From the NCBI GenBank assembly GCA_963733055.1, contig CAVTBR010000001.1:512001-576000 (forward strand): DNA of 64,000 bases, in the 5' to 3' direction. Origin of the DNA: Candidatus Bathyarchaeota archaeon (GTDB lineage: Archaea; Thermoproteota; Bathyarchaeia; 40CM-2-53-6). The notes beneath the pieces are model-generated. The model was not told the origin of the DNA and ran no database searches. It worked only from the letters and a program-made list of their open reading frames with translations. Within the stretch, counting starts at the first letter, position 1. Every line of letters starts with the position of its first letter. The translations under genes were made by a program, and so were the position numbers. Positions 10,677 through 20,679 of this stretch are shown here, piece by piece.

Positions 10677-10862
10677 ACCTGCTTCCTACCCTTTCTCAGC
10701 GAGAATTAGCGTCGCTCGAGCTCGAGCGACCCACGCAATCGAGGACAAACAGAGTCTGTGGCGGTGTAGGGCTGTCCGGTAGACGCGAAGAGGGGAGGCA
10801 TTGTTGCGTGCGGTAAACAAGTCTTATAGCGGGTTCAATAACGTGAAGTTTGGCTTTGAACG

Positions 10863-11696
10863 TTGGGTCGAGGACGAGTCGGAGCATGGGCAGCAATATT
10901 GTTCGTAGTAACGATTCTATTGGTCCAAGTTACTGTCAGAAACGTGTACGCAACTCCGATGATTGTCGTGACACCTACCACTGTGACGCAAGGCAGCAAT
11001 TTTCAAGTCTCGGGAAACGGATTCAGCGCGAACAACAACTTTGGGGCAGTCGTTGTCTATGACAACACGGCCGATATGTGTAGCGGACTTGATATTGGCC
11101 AGTTCGTTTCGTCGGATGGTTCGGGCAACGTTGCTGCTGTAACTTTCTCTGCGAGTAGCTTCGGACTGGGAACACATTGCGTCGAAATGTCATTTACTTC
11201 CCCCGCCCAGCTGGTTGACAGCTCGGTCACCGTCAGAGCCCCGTCAACGACTAGCACATCAGTTCTCTGTTCACCCGCAACAATCGATGTCGGTTCCACA
11301 AGTTCCTGCACCGCGACAGTCTCGGGAGCGTTCGGAACAATCACTGGTGAGACGATTTCATGGTCAAGCTCCGGTGGAAACCTATACTTTTCCCCAACCA
11401 CCTGCACTTTGTCCGGGGCAACTTGCGCAGTCCAGGTTACCGGGACCCCACCTGGAGGCGGCTCTGTGTCAGCCTCGTACCCGGGTGACCCAAACAATAA
11501 CCCAAGCCAAGGCACCTCCCCCCTGACCATCGACCCCGCGCCCGCCGTCACCGTCACCGTTACGGTATTCGCAACCACGACGACCACCGTAGCGAACACA
11601 CCTGAATATCCCTTAGGCCTCCCACTACTCGCCATCTTCATGATAATCGCATACGGACTAATCAAACGCGAAACTAGAAATCAAAAGAATATGTGA
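10863..11696 (+). CDS. Secreted Ig-like protein with PEF-CTERM-like sorting signal
   Basis: N-terminal signal; Ser/Thr-rich beta domains; Thr-rich linker, then PEYP + TM helix + basic tail. Confidence 0.75.
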   Translation: MGRGRVGAWAAILFVVTILLVQVTVRNVYATPMIVVTPTTVTQGSNFQVSGNGFSANNNFGAVVVYDNTADMCSGLDIGQFVSSDGSGNVAAVTFSASSFGLGTHCVEMSFTSPAQLVDSSVTVRAPSTTSTSVLCSPATIDVGSTSSCTATVSGAFGTITGETISWSSSGGNLYFSPTTCTLSGATCAVQVTGTPPGGGSVSASYPGDPNNNPSQGTSPLTIDPAPAVTVTVTVFATTTTTVANTPEYPLGLPLLAIFMIIAYGLIKRETRNQKNM

Positions 11697-11760
11697 GTCA
11701 ACTTTCCCTTCCAAGAATCGTCGTTCGCAGGTCACGAAGAGGTACCGTTGCTAACGAGAG

Positions 11761-12714
11761 TTAGTGGCGTCTGTAGGGTTGTCCGGTGAAGGTGAAGGTT
11801 TTGAAGAGTTCGTAGACTTTGTCTGGGATGCCTTCGACGACGTTGAGGCCTATGGCTCGGGCTACGTCGAGGGTGATGGGTGTTGCGTGGGACATGTAGC
11901 CGCGGGCTAGGAAGTCTGCGACGCGTTCCGCCTGTTCCTTATCCATCTTCCCCTGCAAGAGCCACATTACGAATGCTTTTGCGTTCTCTATTTCCAAGTT
12001 GGCCACATCCGACATTATGACCATGCGGTCGGTGATGTTCTGGATCGGTTTCGTCTTCGCTAGGGTGGTGATGGAGCCGGCTGGGTACATGCCGTCGGGG
12101 GTTGGAATCTGGGGGTCCACGGGCCCGAGAACGCTGTACTTCTCCATGCGAATTTCGCCGGCTGCCAGGGTCATTAGTGAACCGCCGGACATGGCGTAGA
12201 AGGGGACCATGACGGTAACTTTGGCTGGATGGAATTTAATTGCCATAGCCATCATCTGAGCCGCTAACGCGTAACCTCCGGGGGTGTGGATGATGAAATC
12301 CACGGGGGTGTCGGGTGGAATTTTACGCATCTTCTGAAGAATCGTCTCAGTATCCTCAATCCCAATCTCCACGTCTCCGCCCGGCTCGGTCCAAAGTTCC
12401 TTCTTGTGAATCATCGTAAGAACCCTAGTCCCACGCTCCTTCTCCAGGTCCTCAATGATTCTCTGACGCCACGCTAAGATTCCTGCTTTGGTGGTGGGCC
12501 GTTTGAATTCTGTCGGAGTTTCCCTTGGGCTTAACGCTCCCTCCACTTCCTCAGATGATTCCGTTTCTTCTTCTTTCTCGTCTGCTTCCTCGTCTTCGGA
12601 TCCACGCTTTCCGCTGGGTGGGTTGATTTTGCGAAGCGTATAGAGGAGCGCGGCTGAATTGATGGTGGTTATTGCTAGTAGGCCTAGTCCGAGGAAAAGC
12701 TCCGCATCATCCAA
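11761..12714 (-). CDS. ClpP-class serine protease, SDH (DUF114) family, catalytic triad intact
   Basis: HTPGG, YAMSGG (Ser), GPVDPQ (Asp), SHATPI (His); N-terminal TM and acidic linker. Confidence 0.85.
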   Translation of the reverse strand: MDDAELFLGLGLLAITTINSAALLYTLRKINPPSGKRGSEDEEADEKEEETESSEEVEGALSPRETPTEFKRPTTKAGILAWRQRIIEDLEKERGTRVLTMIHKKELWTEPGGDVEIGIEDTETILQKMRKIPPDTPVDFIIHTPGGYALAAQMMAMAIKFHPAKVTVMVPFYAMSGGSLMTLAAGEIRMEKYSVLGPVDPQIPTPDGMYPAGSITTLAKTKPIQNITDRMVIMSDVANLEIENAKAFVMWLLQGKMDKEQAERVADFLARGYMSHATPITLDVARAIGLNVVEGIPDKVYELFKTFTFTGQPYRRH

Positions 12715-12726
12715 CCTAGGTCCCTT

Positions 12727-13647
12727 TCACTGGTATTGTTTGCCTGGCCTGAGGCCGCCTGTGAATTCGATGGTCTCGAAGAGTTGGTGAACTTTCTCAG
12801 GCACACCCTCCACAACGTTCAACCCGATAGCACGCGCCACGTCCAACGTGATGGGTGTGCTACTGGACATGAAGCCTCCAACTAGGAAGTTGGCTACCTG
12901 TCCCGCTTGTTCTTCGTTCATGTGATCGCTCAAGAGCCATTTCACGAATTCTCTTGCGTTTTCCTCCTCCATGCGTGCGGATTCGGCTAGGAGGATGGTT
13001 CGGTCGGAGATGGTTTCGATGGGTTTACGCTTCAGGATGCCCATGACCGAGGTGGCTGGCATGTCGTCGATTAGGGGCTCTAGGGGGGCTAGGATGCTGC
13101 ATTTCTCCATCATGATCTCGTCCGCGGCCAAGACGACGTATGTGCCGTCGGACATGGCATAGAACGGAACCATAACCGTCACCTTCGCCTTATGATACCT
13201 CAACGCCATGGAAATGAGGTCCGCAGCGAACGTTAACCCGCCTTCCGTGTGTACGATGAAGTCTATCGGCTTATCCGGCGGAGTCTCCCGCACCTGTTGA
13301 AGTATTAATTCTGAATCCTCAAACCCAATCTCGGGCTCATCATCGCTAGCGCTCCAAGGCTCCTTACGGTGAATCAGAGTCAGAACTCTGGACCCACGCT
13401 CCTCCTCCAACTCATGAACCAACTGAGCCCTCCGAGCAAGAATCGCCTCTTTCGAAGGAGCCTTGTCTGCTTCATCACCTTCAGCCTCATCCTCATCCTC
13501 GTCTTCATCATCACCCCCCTGTGTCGCAGGGCTAGGTGCTTGTGGGATCTGCCAGAAACGGCGAATCACAAAGAGATTCGTCAACGAACTAAGTGAAGCC
13601 ACTACGACTATCGCTACAGCAAGCAGAAGGTCCAGCTCTTCCATCAC
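12727..13647 (-). CDS. ClpP-class SDH family paralog, catalytic triad degenerate
   Basis: HTEGG, YAMSDG, APLEPL, SSSTPI; colinear with the neighbouring gene. Confidence 0.8.
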   Translation of the reverse strand: MMEELDLLLAVAIVVVASLSSLTNLFVIRRFWQIPQAPSPATQGGDDEDEDEDEAEGDEADKAPSKEAILARRAQLVHELEEERGSRVLTLIHRKEPWSASDDEPEIGFEDSELILQQVRETPPDKPIDFIVHTEGGLTFAADLISMALRYHKAKVTVMVPFYAMSDGTYVVLAADEIMMEKCSILAPLEPLIDDMPATSVMGILKRKPIETISDRTILLAESARMEEENAREFVKWLLSDHMNEEQAGQVANFLVGGFMSSSTPITLDVARAIGLNVVEGVPEKVHQLFETIEFTGGLRPGKQYQ

Positions 13648-13741
13648 GCTTCACTTGTAACCGCGTCGCAAAATCTAGGTGAGAGTGTACCCTTGGAATC
13701 TAAAGGTTTTCGTGTATGGAGGACTATTACCTGCTGGAGAA

Positions 13742-13769
13742 CCGCGGCCATCTGATGTTGCGCACACAC
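13742..13769 (+). repeat. 28-bp 11-6-11 site, left arm degenerate
   Basis: CCGCGGCCATC-TGATGT-TGCGCACACAC. Confidence 0.65.
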
Positions 13770-14105
13770 ACTACAATCACAACCGCAGAACTCAGTCTTG
13801 TCGTAGTCCTTTCAAACTACGCTGTGCGCCGGACGCTCGCGTAGAAACCTCCACTTCGGTTTGGCGGTTGGGATTCTCGTTGTTTAGCGCAAAACTAATG
13901 GCTTTCACCATACCAATACTGTGGCTGATGACAGGCGCATCTATGGAGAAGGCAATGTTACTTCTATCTTGTGTCCTTTGGGTAGAAATGACTCTGTCGA
14001 AAAGCGCGGACTTCAAGATTTGCCATGATACCCAGCGTAGTTCTTTCAGACTATGCTGAGTGAAAATAGTTCATTCCGAATGTTTACATTTCTGGGAAAG
14101 TCGTC

Positions 14106-14621
14106 ATGGACGAATCAACTCTTGCTGGACTTTCGATAATTACTGGATTTTTGGCGACCTTCTTAGGTGTAATTCTTGGCTTCGAACTAGAACGTTATCG
14201 TGATGCGCAAGCTCGGAAGGAAAGGCTCATGGGAGCTCTGCAAATGATGCGGGACGAGATAGAGCGCAACATCTCATTATGCAATCAGATTCATGACGAA
14301 CTATCCGCCAATGGCGCCTTTGTCCAATACTACAACCTGAAGACTACTACTTGGCAGGCTGTTTCAAGCGCTCTAATAGATCTCAAATCACCCGATCTAG
14401 CAAAGCAAATAGCAAATGAATACTTCGATTACGAACATCTCAAGAGAAGAATTGATGCAAGATTCGAATTCTTCAAATCGGGTGACCCCTCAAATGTACT
14501 CCAATCCAAAGCTTTCGCGGTGCTAACTGGCTCTGTGATGATAGGGGTAAAATCTCTCCAAGTCAGCGGCAAGAATGTGTTGGACGCAATCGATAAACAG
14601 CTTACCGAATTGAAATCCTAA
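14106..14621 (+). CDS. Hypothetical protein with N-terminal TM helix
   Basis: 171-aa ORF; hydrophobic N-terminus followed by a helical domain. Confidence 0.65.
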   Translation: MDESTLAGLSIITGFLATFLGVILGFELERYRDAQARKERLMGALQMMRDEIERNISLCNQIHDELSANGAFVQYYNLKTTTWQAVSSALIDLKSPDLAKQIANEYFDYEHLKRRIDARFEFFKSGDPSNVLQSKAFAVLTGSVMIGVKSLQVSGKNVLDAIDKQLTELKS

Positions 14622-14664
14622 GCAATCAGAACTGCATGTGCAGGACTACATTATGATGCACGCA

Positions 14665-15228
14665 CTATGTTTCATTACTTATTTCCTTGCGTCGCGCAAA
14701 GAATTCGGTTCCCACATCCCATCCTTTACCCTCGTCCTTAGATGACCGCCCTCTCCAGTGAAAAGACTTGGGAGTGATTTCCGAGAAGATCCATTGGTTC
14801 AACGTTCCATCTGCTTCGCGGTATTCCTGGACGATGTCATCCTCGACCTTGCGGCCGATCATGGTGTTGTAGATTTGCGTGATCGGGTTGACCCAGAAAA
14901 TGTGCCAAGCATTGATGTTCGGGTCGTAGACCCGTAGCGTTGTGCCGTAGGTGTTGCGTGTTGTCGTAATGGTTTTCCTTGCGTTTCGTGGTGGGGATAT
15001 CCAGACGTCTTGAATTGCGCGCCCTTCCAGTACCCATCCGAAATGCACCTCCCCGACTCCCTCCTCTCGCGTACCATCTGGGTCGCAATCGACGAACCGT
15101 AGGTCCCATGAACCCACGAATTGTCCGTAGAGCATCATTTTCTCCGCCCGGTCAGACGCGGCACCCTCAAAGCTGAGAGCTTCCAGGAAACGGTTGACGT
15201 GGACCGATTGTTCAGCCATGTCGGCCAC
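14665..15228 (-). CDS. DUF1579-like beta-barrel protein (copy 1)
   Basis: LYGQFVGSWD, FGWVLEGRAIQDVW and WIFSEIT..SFHW; paralog of 28000-28536. Confidence 0.75.
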   Translation of the reverse strand: MADMAEQSVHVNRFLEALSFEGAASDRAEKMMLYGQFVGSWDLRFVDCDPDGTREEGVGEVHFGWVLEGRAIQDVWISPPRNARKTITTTRNTYGTTLRVYDPNINAWHIFWVNPITQIYNTMIGRKVEDDIVQEYREADGTLNQWIFSEITPKSFHWRGRSSKDEGKGWDVGTEFFARRKEISNET

Positions 15229-15609
15229 TTAGGCGAAGAGTTCGATCCATATCCCGTTCGGATCCTGAATGTACGCCCACCTGCTCGACGGAGTCTTCAT
15301 GTCAAGAACGAGGGGATATCCGGCTTTCCCAGCCTCCTCCGCGGCCTTGTCCAAGTCGTCCACTTGGAAAGCGAGGTGGTCCACACCCTCCCCGACCAGG
15401 TATTCCGTGTTGAACTTACTACCCTTACCGTAGTAATTCAACTCCAGAACGGGCCCGCCTTCATCCGTCGTCAACGTTACGGTTTCCCCATTCGTCTGCT
15501 CGATCTTACTTCTCCCGCCCTCCTTCATACCTAGAACCTTCGTGTAGAAATCAACCGACTTCTCCAAGTCCTTCACTCGGATGCCAGTGTACGTGAATTT
15601 GGTTTTCAT
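15229..15609 (-). CDS. VOC / glyoxalase family protein
   Basis: IRVKDLEKSVDFY, LELNYY, HLAFQV and DPNGIWIEL motifs. Confidence 0.9.
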   Translation of the reverse strand: MKTKFTYTGIRVKDLEKSVDFYTKVLGMKEGGRSKIEQTNGETVTLTTDEGGPVLELNYYGKGSKFNTEYLVGEGVDHLAFQVDDLDKAAEEAGKAGYPLVLDMKTPSSRWAYIQDPNGIWIELFA

Positions 15610-15679
15610 TTCACATCAACAGCCCGCTTATGGGTTGTTCTCAGCATAAGCCTACTGCCGTCAAACATCGGTACTCTCG

Positions 15680-15707
15680 ACCCATCTGTCGGGTGGTGCG
15701 TGCGCAC
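15680..15707 (+). repeat. 28-bp site variant within a ~60-bp segment duplicated at 19068-19129
   Basis: ACCCATCTGTC-GGGTGG-TGCGTGCGCAC. Confidence 0.6.
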
Positions 15708-15784
15708 ACCCAAAGGTACTCACGAACGGCCGGTTCGAGGAATCCTAACCGATTTGAAGCGCGGCTCCTCCTAGGAGTCTGAAG

Positions 15785-16075
15785 TCATCTCTCAACTCTT
15801 GTAATTACTAATATGAGCAGTATGGTTGTGGCAATTACGAGGAGTACTAGTAGGATTCGGTTTCTTTCCCATATCACGAATTTCGCGTTGAGTCGCGTGA
15901 AGGGATTGCGTGACTTTAGCATTCGAAAGAGTATGATGGCCTCTTCTCTATTGAATACTCCGTTGTCTACCCGAATCTCACCAGTTGTGCTCTTTTCGAA
16001 TCGATGGTGCCCGACCCAAAAGGGATTGGGGTACTTGCTGTTTACCCATAGGTCAAATTCGTCTTGCAGTGACAA
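15785..16075 (-). CDS. Small hypothetical protein with C-terminal TM helix
   Basis: 96-aa ORF directly downstream of the UPF0182 gene. Confidence 0.6.
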   Translation of the reverse strand: MSLQDEFDLWVNSKYPNPFWVGHHRFEKSTTGEIRVDNGVFNREEAIILFRMLKSRNPFTRLNAKFVIWERNRILLVLLVIATTILLILVITRVER

Positions 16076-16086
16076 CGTACTTGCGC

Positions 16087-18835
16087 CTACGTGATCCGGA
16101 CGCTAATGTAGTAGAGTTTTACAACCCCGCTTGTTGCGACGAGCACGCCAAAGTTGAGATTGCCATCTGAGGTAGTCCAGTAGTAGACCTCCGACACGTT
16201 GTACTTCTGACAATAATTGGTGATGAAATGGTTGACCGTGGCGTTGATGGAGGTCCACTGTGTTTCGTCTGTGTAGGTGATGTTGGCGATTCGGATTTCG
16301 ACGTTGGCGTTGATCTGGCTTGGGTTGATTAGTGAATATCCCTTCTCGGTGAATAACGAGTCAAGCTTGTTTACACGCTCCCCAGAACCGAGTATGAGGG
16401 GAGTTCCGCCGGAGATCGCGGAGTATGCTTGCGATGAATCCTGCGCCAACCGCAACTTTGGCGCCGGTCGTGGCGTCGACTACTGCAATAAACGCCATTT
16501 TCGTGATTACAGCGTTCTCGACTTGAGTGTTGATGTAAACGGGGATGAAGTAGTAGAGGTGGTTGCCGATCAGATACAGCAGTATGTTGCCGAGCCTATA
16601 GTTCGGCAGCAGGGTTAGCTGTGTCCGCACGTAATCGTCTGTCTCAACCGCTTGCAGGGCGGCAGACGGCCCGATAAGTTGAGTCGTCGAGTTGGATATT
16701 CTGTAAAGATTCAACCTGCCAAGTTGGTCGCTTCCGTATGCTATGAACATCCCTGCGAGGTTCTTGCCGGGGGATGATTGATACTCTACCAGTTGTAGTC
16801 CTACGAAGTCTGTGCGGTTTCCGAAGGTTTCAAGGACGTATAGTACTTCTGTGGATGCTGGCCGCTCGTAGAAATCAGATCCTGATCGCCAAATGAACGG
16901 GTCGCTCACGTGATACTGGAAAGCCACGTCCAGTTGTCCGGGGTTAGTGGAGGTTCCAAGTAGATCCTCAGGGTAACGGAGTTGACTAACGAGCCAGTTC
17001 GGCGGCGCTTTCCAGGAGGAGTAGTATTGTCTGTAGAAGTCGACCAGGAAGCCGTATGGTTTCGCAACGACGTAGGGATACATTTGACCGTTCTCCATAT
17101 CAACAAGAACCACGCCGAAGAATCGGAGGTAGTTACTCCCGGAGAATCCGGATTGGATCGGGTAGTTCGTATAGACTTGCACGCAGTAATAGATGCGGCT
17201 ACCGTCTGTGACGAGGTAGCTTGCGCTGTCCGTAGTTAAGCCACTGATCAGGATGTCTTGGACCCTCTGGTAAACATCGCGATTGTGCAGCATCATAATA
17301 CTATCCTGGGGAGGGCTGAAGGCGAAGCCGACTTGGCCTTCTTTCACGAGGAACCACAACATCCGTTGCCAGCCCGAGAGTGTATAGTCAGGAGCGCCTG
17401 TATAGGAGGCATTTCCGATCTCATCGAATCCTTTGACGTGAACGTAGACATCGTCAGATAATGCCTCGCCATAGTAGATCAAAGGCTCCTGTTTGACACC
17501 GAAGGCGTCCGGTACTGATGTGTAGTCGCCTGTGTGGCTGTCGATTACAATGATTCTGGCTGCATGAGTGTAGATCAGGTGATGGCTAATCCAGTCGCTG
17601 GTTGGATAGTTGATTGTTGTGGGGGCAGCCCAGTACTCGTGGCCGTTAAGGTAGATTATCTGCGAAGCGCTGAGCTGCATCCAATTGACGCCTATCTGGT
17701 TTATCATCTTCGTGTACGATGCGTCGTGATCCCACTGTCGTACGAGCGAGACGATTGTGCTAGTGTTCCCTGAGGGAAGGCTTGAGAGGGGCTCAGTTGT
17801 GATGTTCTGGATACCTGCCGCCCATCGCGTCACGTCGATTTGCTTATTCGTCATAGGAATCCATTCATAGCTGGTCCAGTTGTTGTTCCAGTTGAGCGAG
17901 TAGCCTGCGACGAATCCCATGTTCACGATGAGTGTGCCGAGTAAGAGCACGGTGACGAGGTATAGGATCCATCGTTTGCGTCGTGCCATGCCGATTGTTC
18001 GTCTAATGAATCCGAAATGGAAAGACGCTGCGATAACCAGGAAGCTGACGAAGATTGTGACGGCGATTAGATAATCGTTGGGTGTCGCAATATTCATTGC
18101 CCAATAGGGTGCGCCCGCGATCGCTACAAGCACAATTAGGGCGAGGATGAGGAATAGGTCTCTCGACCACGCATTCGTCTTGAGTCGAGTGAAGTCGCGG
18201 ATGAACATCAAAATAAGCCTGAGGGTTGCTACGAGGACGATTGCAGCTACGATTTCGTAGATGAGGTGGTACTGAACCTCCATTGTGGGCATCAACGCCA
18301 CAAGCTCGGGCCCGGAAGCAGGAGACAATGGGAGTTGAAACACCCTCAGGACCTGGCCCCAGTTCCCCATCCCACTCTGAAGCATCGTGATCACAATCGT
18401 AAAATTACCAAGGCCCGGGATCCCATTCGCTGACGCGATCATCACGAAGGCAACAGCCCACTTGATCACCTGCCAAAGCAGCCATGCAACTTTGCCAGGG
18501 CCCAGCGAGACGGTCTTCTCTTCACCTCTGGCACGCGCGAACGTTCCTCCAAGTGCTGAAAGTGCCTCGAAGAGATGGCTTCTCCTTGGTATTGGATTGA
18601 TGAAGAGAAGCGCGAGAACACCGGCTACTATGAAGGTGCTATTGTGATAGAAGTCAATCGTGAACCAGTTGAGGCCTGCCTTAGAAGCGTACATGGACTG
18701 GAGAACGATCCAGTTCAAGTAAACCGACAACCCAGATACTATCACGCCCACGAAAACTACGGCTACAATGCTCCAGCCAATGAACCCGAAGAGACGCGGA
18801 GGCGGCGTAGATCTTTCCATAAACGCAGACCGCAA
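16087..18835 (-). CDS. UPF0182 family membrane protein (one frameshift near 16440)
   Basis: Multi-TM N-terminus; TRWAAGI, VRQWD, HLIYTH, IYYGE and YPEDL motifs; ORF 16087-16455 continues the C-terminus. Confidence 0.85.
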
Positions 18836-18914
18836 TTAGAATTAGCAAAACACGGCTATATCAACTTGAACGCATTACTTGACAACCAAGGGGAGATTGA
18901 ATTGTTCACGAAAA

Positions 18915-19070
18915 TAACTCGGAGGTTGGAGCATGTGATGCACGTTCATCGGTAGTCAGGGTTACGGTTTCCTCTTTCAGCTGTTCGATCTTTCTTCAAG
19001 CGTTCTCCTTCATACCCAGAACTTTGATGTCGAAGTTGACGGATTTCTCTAGGTCCTTCACTCTGATGCC
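18915..19070 (-). pseudogene. Decayed copy of the VOC/glyoxalase gene at 15229-15609
   Basis: Translates GIRVKDLEKSVNFDIKVLGMKENA*RKIEQLKEETVTLTTDE versus GIRVKDLEKSVDFYTKVLGMKEGGRSKIEQTNGETVTLTTDE; internal stop and no start codon. Confidence 0.85.
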
Positions 19071-19101
19071 TGCTGCCGTCAAGCATCGGTACTCCCTATC
19101 G

Positions 19102-19129
19102 ACTCCGCTGACGGGTGGTGCGCACGCAC
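19102..19129 (+). repeat. 28-bp site variant
   Basis: ACTCCGCTGAC-GGGTGG-TGCGCACGCAC. Confidence 0.65.
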
Positions 19130-19198
19130 GCTAAGAATCAGTAAACCTTTCGGACTTTGGAGCGTTAGCTATAGAGTTGAATCACTGTTAGCTTTTAA

Positions 19199-19516
19199 AT
19201 GCAAGACTACTCTGAACCAGAATATGTGATGGGAATGTCGAAGAAGATTAAGGTTCGGTGTGTAGGTTGTGGAGCGATTATTCGCGGCCGATCGACTCCA
19301 ATGATGTTGCAGATTACTCATAGCCAGCAAAGCCTGCTAGAGTCGGCCAGAGCGTTGGGTTTCACGTCGTCAAGCTGGCGGATTGGAGGGGTTATGAAAG
19401 CTCCAATGCATCGTAAATGTTTCATATTTGCTACCCGCGTGTGGAAGCTTGCCTTCATCACTCGGGCTCTCAGTCCGCGTCGTCACCCTGGCGAGCCGAC
19501 TCATCCATCAGTCTAG
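19199..19516 (+). CDS. Hypothetical protein with CxxC and HxxC motifs
   Basis: 105-aa ORF filling the interval between two repeat sites; RCVGCG...HRKC. Confidence 0.4.
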   Translation: MQDYSEPEYVMGMSKKIKVRCVGCGAIIRGRSTPMMLQITHSQQSLLESARALGFTSSSWRIGGVMKAPMHRKCFIFATRVWKLAFITRALSPRRHPGEPTHPSV

Positions 19517-19555
19517 AGTAATTAGATCTGCACTTCCTTGCATACACGCAGAGAA

Positions 19556-19592
19556 GCGTGTGTTATAGCTTGTCCGCGATGGGAATTTGAAC
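19556..19592 (+). repeat. Degenerate site with tRNA T-loop-like box
   Basis: GCGTGTGTTAT-AGCTTG-TCCGCGATGGG-AATTTGAAC; similar to the reverse complement of 26311-26349. Confidence 0.55.
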
Positions 19593-19615
19593 TGTTGTCG
19601 TTCATGTAATTTTTT

Positions 19616-19643
19616 GTGTGTGAGATCAATGGTGCGCACACAC
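19616..19643 (+). repeat. 28-bp 11-6-11 site
   Basis: GTGTGTGAGAT-CAATGG-TGCGCACACAC. Confidence 0.9.
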
Positions 19644-19699
19644 ACTTCCACGGTGTCAACCGATTTATAGCGCGGTGACTCTTACTCGCTTGATTGCAA

Positions 19700-20608
19700 A
19701 TGAAGATCGGGTTCTTCCTTCCGCAGATCGGCCCTGCCGCTAATGTTGATTCGATTGTTAAGGTTGCGAAGCGGGCTGAGGAGTTGAAGTATGATAGCGT
19801 TTGGGTGACTGATCGATTGCTGTACCCTACGAATCCTCAGACAGCATACTTTGGCGGTCCGCTACCCGACCCATACAAACGTGTTTTCGACCCTTTGGAA
19901 ACGTTGACGTTCGCTGCTGCGCATACGAGCCGAGTAACGTTAGGAACAAGCGTCTTGGACATCCCCTTCTACAATCCAGTGACCCTAGCCCGCCGCTTAA
20001 CCACAATGGATGTTTTGTCCCGTGGAAGGCTGAGAGTTGGGTTCGGGCTCGGTTGGTCGAAGGATGAGTATGACGCCACTGGAGCGGAGATGAAAACTCG
20101 CGGCAAACGCGCAGACGAGTTCCTCAGCGTGCTTCATGCAATATGGACCACGGACCCCGCCGAGTTTCACGGCAAATACTTCCAACTTCCAAAATCCACA
20201 ATCCAACCGAAACCAACCCAGAAACCCCACCCTCCAATCTACCTAGCCGCATTCTCCCCAGGCGCAATGAAACGCACAGCCAAGCTGGCCGACGGATGGA
20301 TGCCGGTAGGCATGACGGTTGAGCAACTCAAATCCACATCAACCCAACTCCGAACCATGGTGAAAGAGGCGGGACGCGATCCAGCTAGTGTGAAGGTTAT
20401 CGCGCGATACAACTTCGCCGTAACTCCACAACCACAAGGCAAGGATAGAATGTTCTTCTCGGGAACGCTTGCACAGATCAAGGAGGATGTGGCAGCAATC
20501 AAAGCATATGGACCTGACGAGCTAATTCTAGACCCTACGTTCTCACCAGACACTCATACCGAGCAGGACTTCCTCCGAAACATGGAAGAACTCCGCAAAA
20601 TGCTCTAA
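19700..20608 (+). CDS. LLM-class (probably F420-dependent) oxidoreductase
   Basis: DSVWVTDR, DPLETL, D(V)LSRGR, GLGW and PKP.QKPHPPI motifs. Confidence 0.9.
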   Translation: MKIGFFLPQIGPAANVDSIVKVAKRAEELKYDSVWVTDRLLYPTNPQTAYFGGPLPDPYKRVFDPLETLTFAAAHTSRVTLGTSVLDIPFYNPVTLARRLTTMDVLSRGRLRVGFGLGWSKDEYDATGAEMKTRGKRADEFLSVLHAIWTTDPAEFHGKYFQLPKSTIQPKPTQKPHPPIYLAAFSPGAMKRTAKLADGWMPVGMTVEQLKSTSTQLRTMVKEAGRDPASVKVIARYNFAVTPQPQGKDRMFFSGTLAQIKEDVAAIKAYGPDELILDPTFSPDTHTEQDFLRNMEELRKML

Positions 20609-20636
20609 ACCATCCCCCCAGTTCTCCGTCAATTGT

Positions 20637-20653
20637 ACGTGTGGAATCAATAG
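20637..20653 (+). repeat. Half site (left arm plus spacer)
   Basis: ACGTGTGGAAT-CAATAG; compare GTGTGTGGTAT-CAATAG at 24911. Confidence 0.5.
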
Positions 20654-20679
20654 AAGACAAGATTTGTGAGTGATTTCCG

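Noticed and set aside
11057-11665. Long antisense ORFs (for example 11057-11665, 861-1334, 50313-50699, 55933-56409)
   Set aside because: Shadows of well-supported genes on the opposite strand.
13482-13512. (TCATCC)n-like repeat
   Set aside because: It encodes the Asp/Glu linker of the protease paralog.
13679-14059. ORFs 13679-14059 (+) and 13792-14016 (-)
   Set aside because: No recognisable motif, and the + ORF runs through a repeat site; possibly a decayed module but unsupported.
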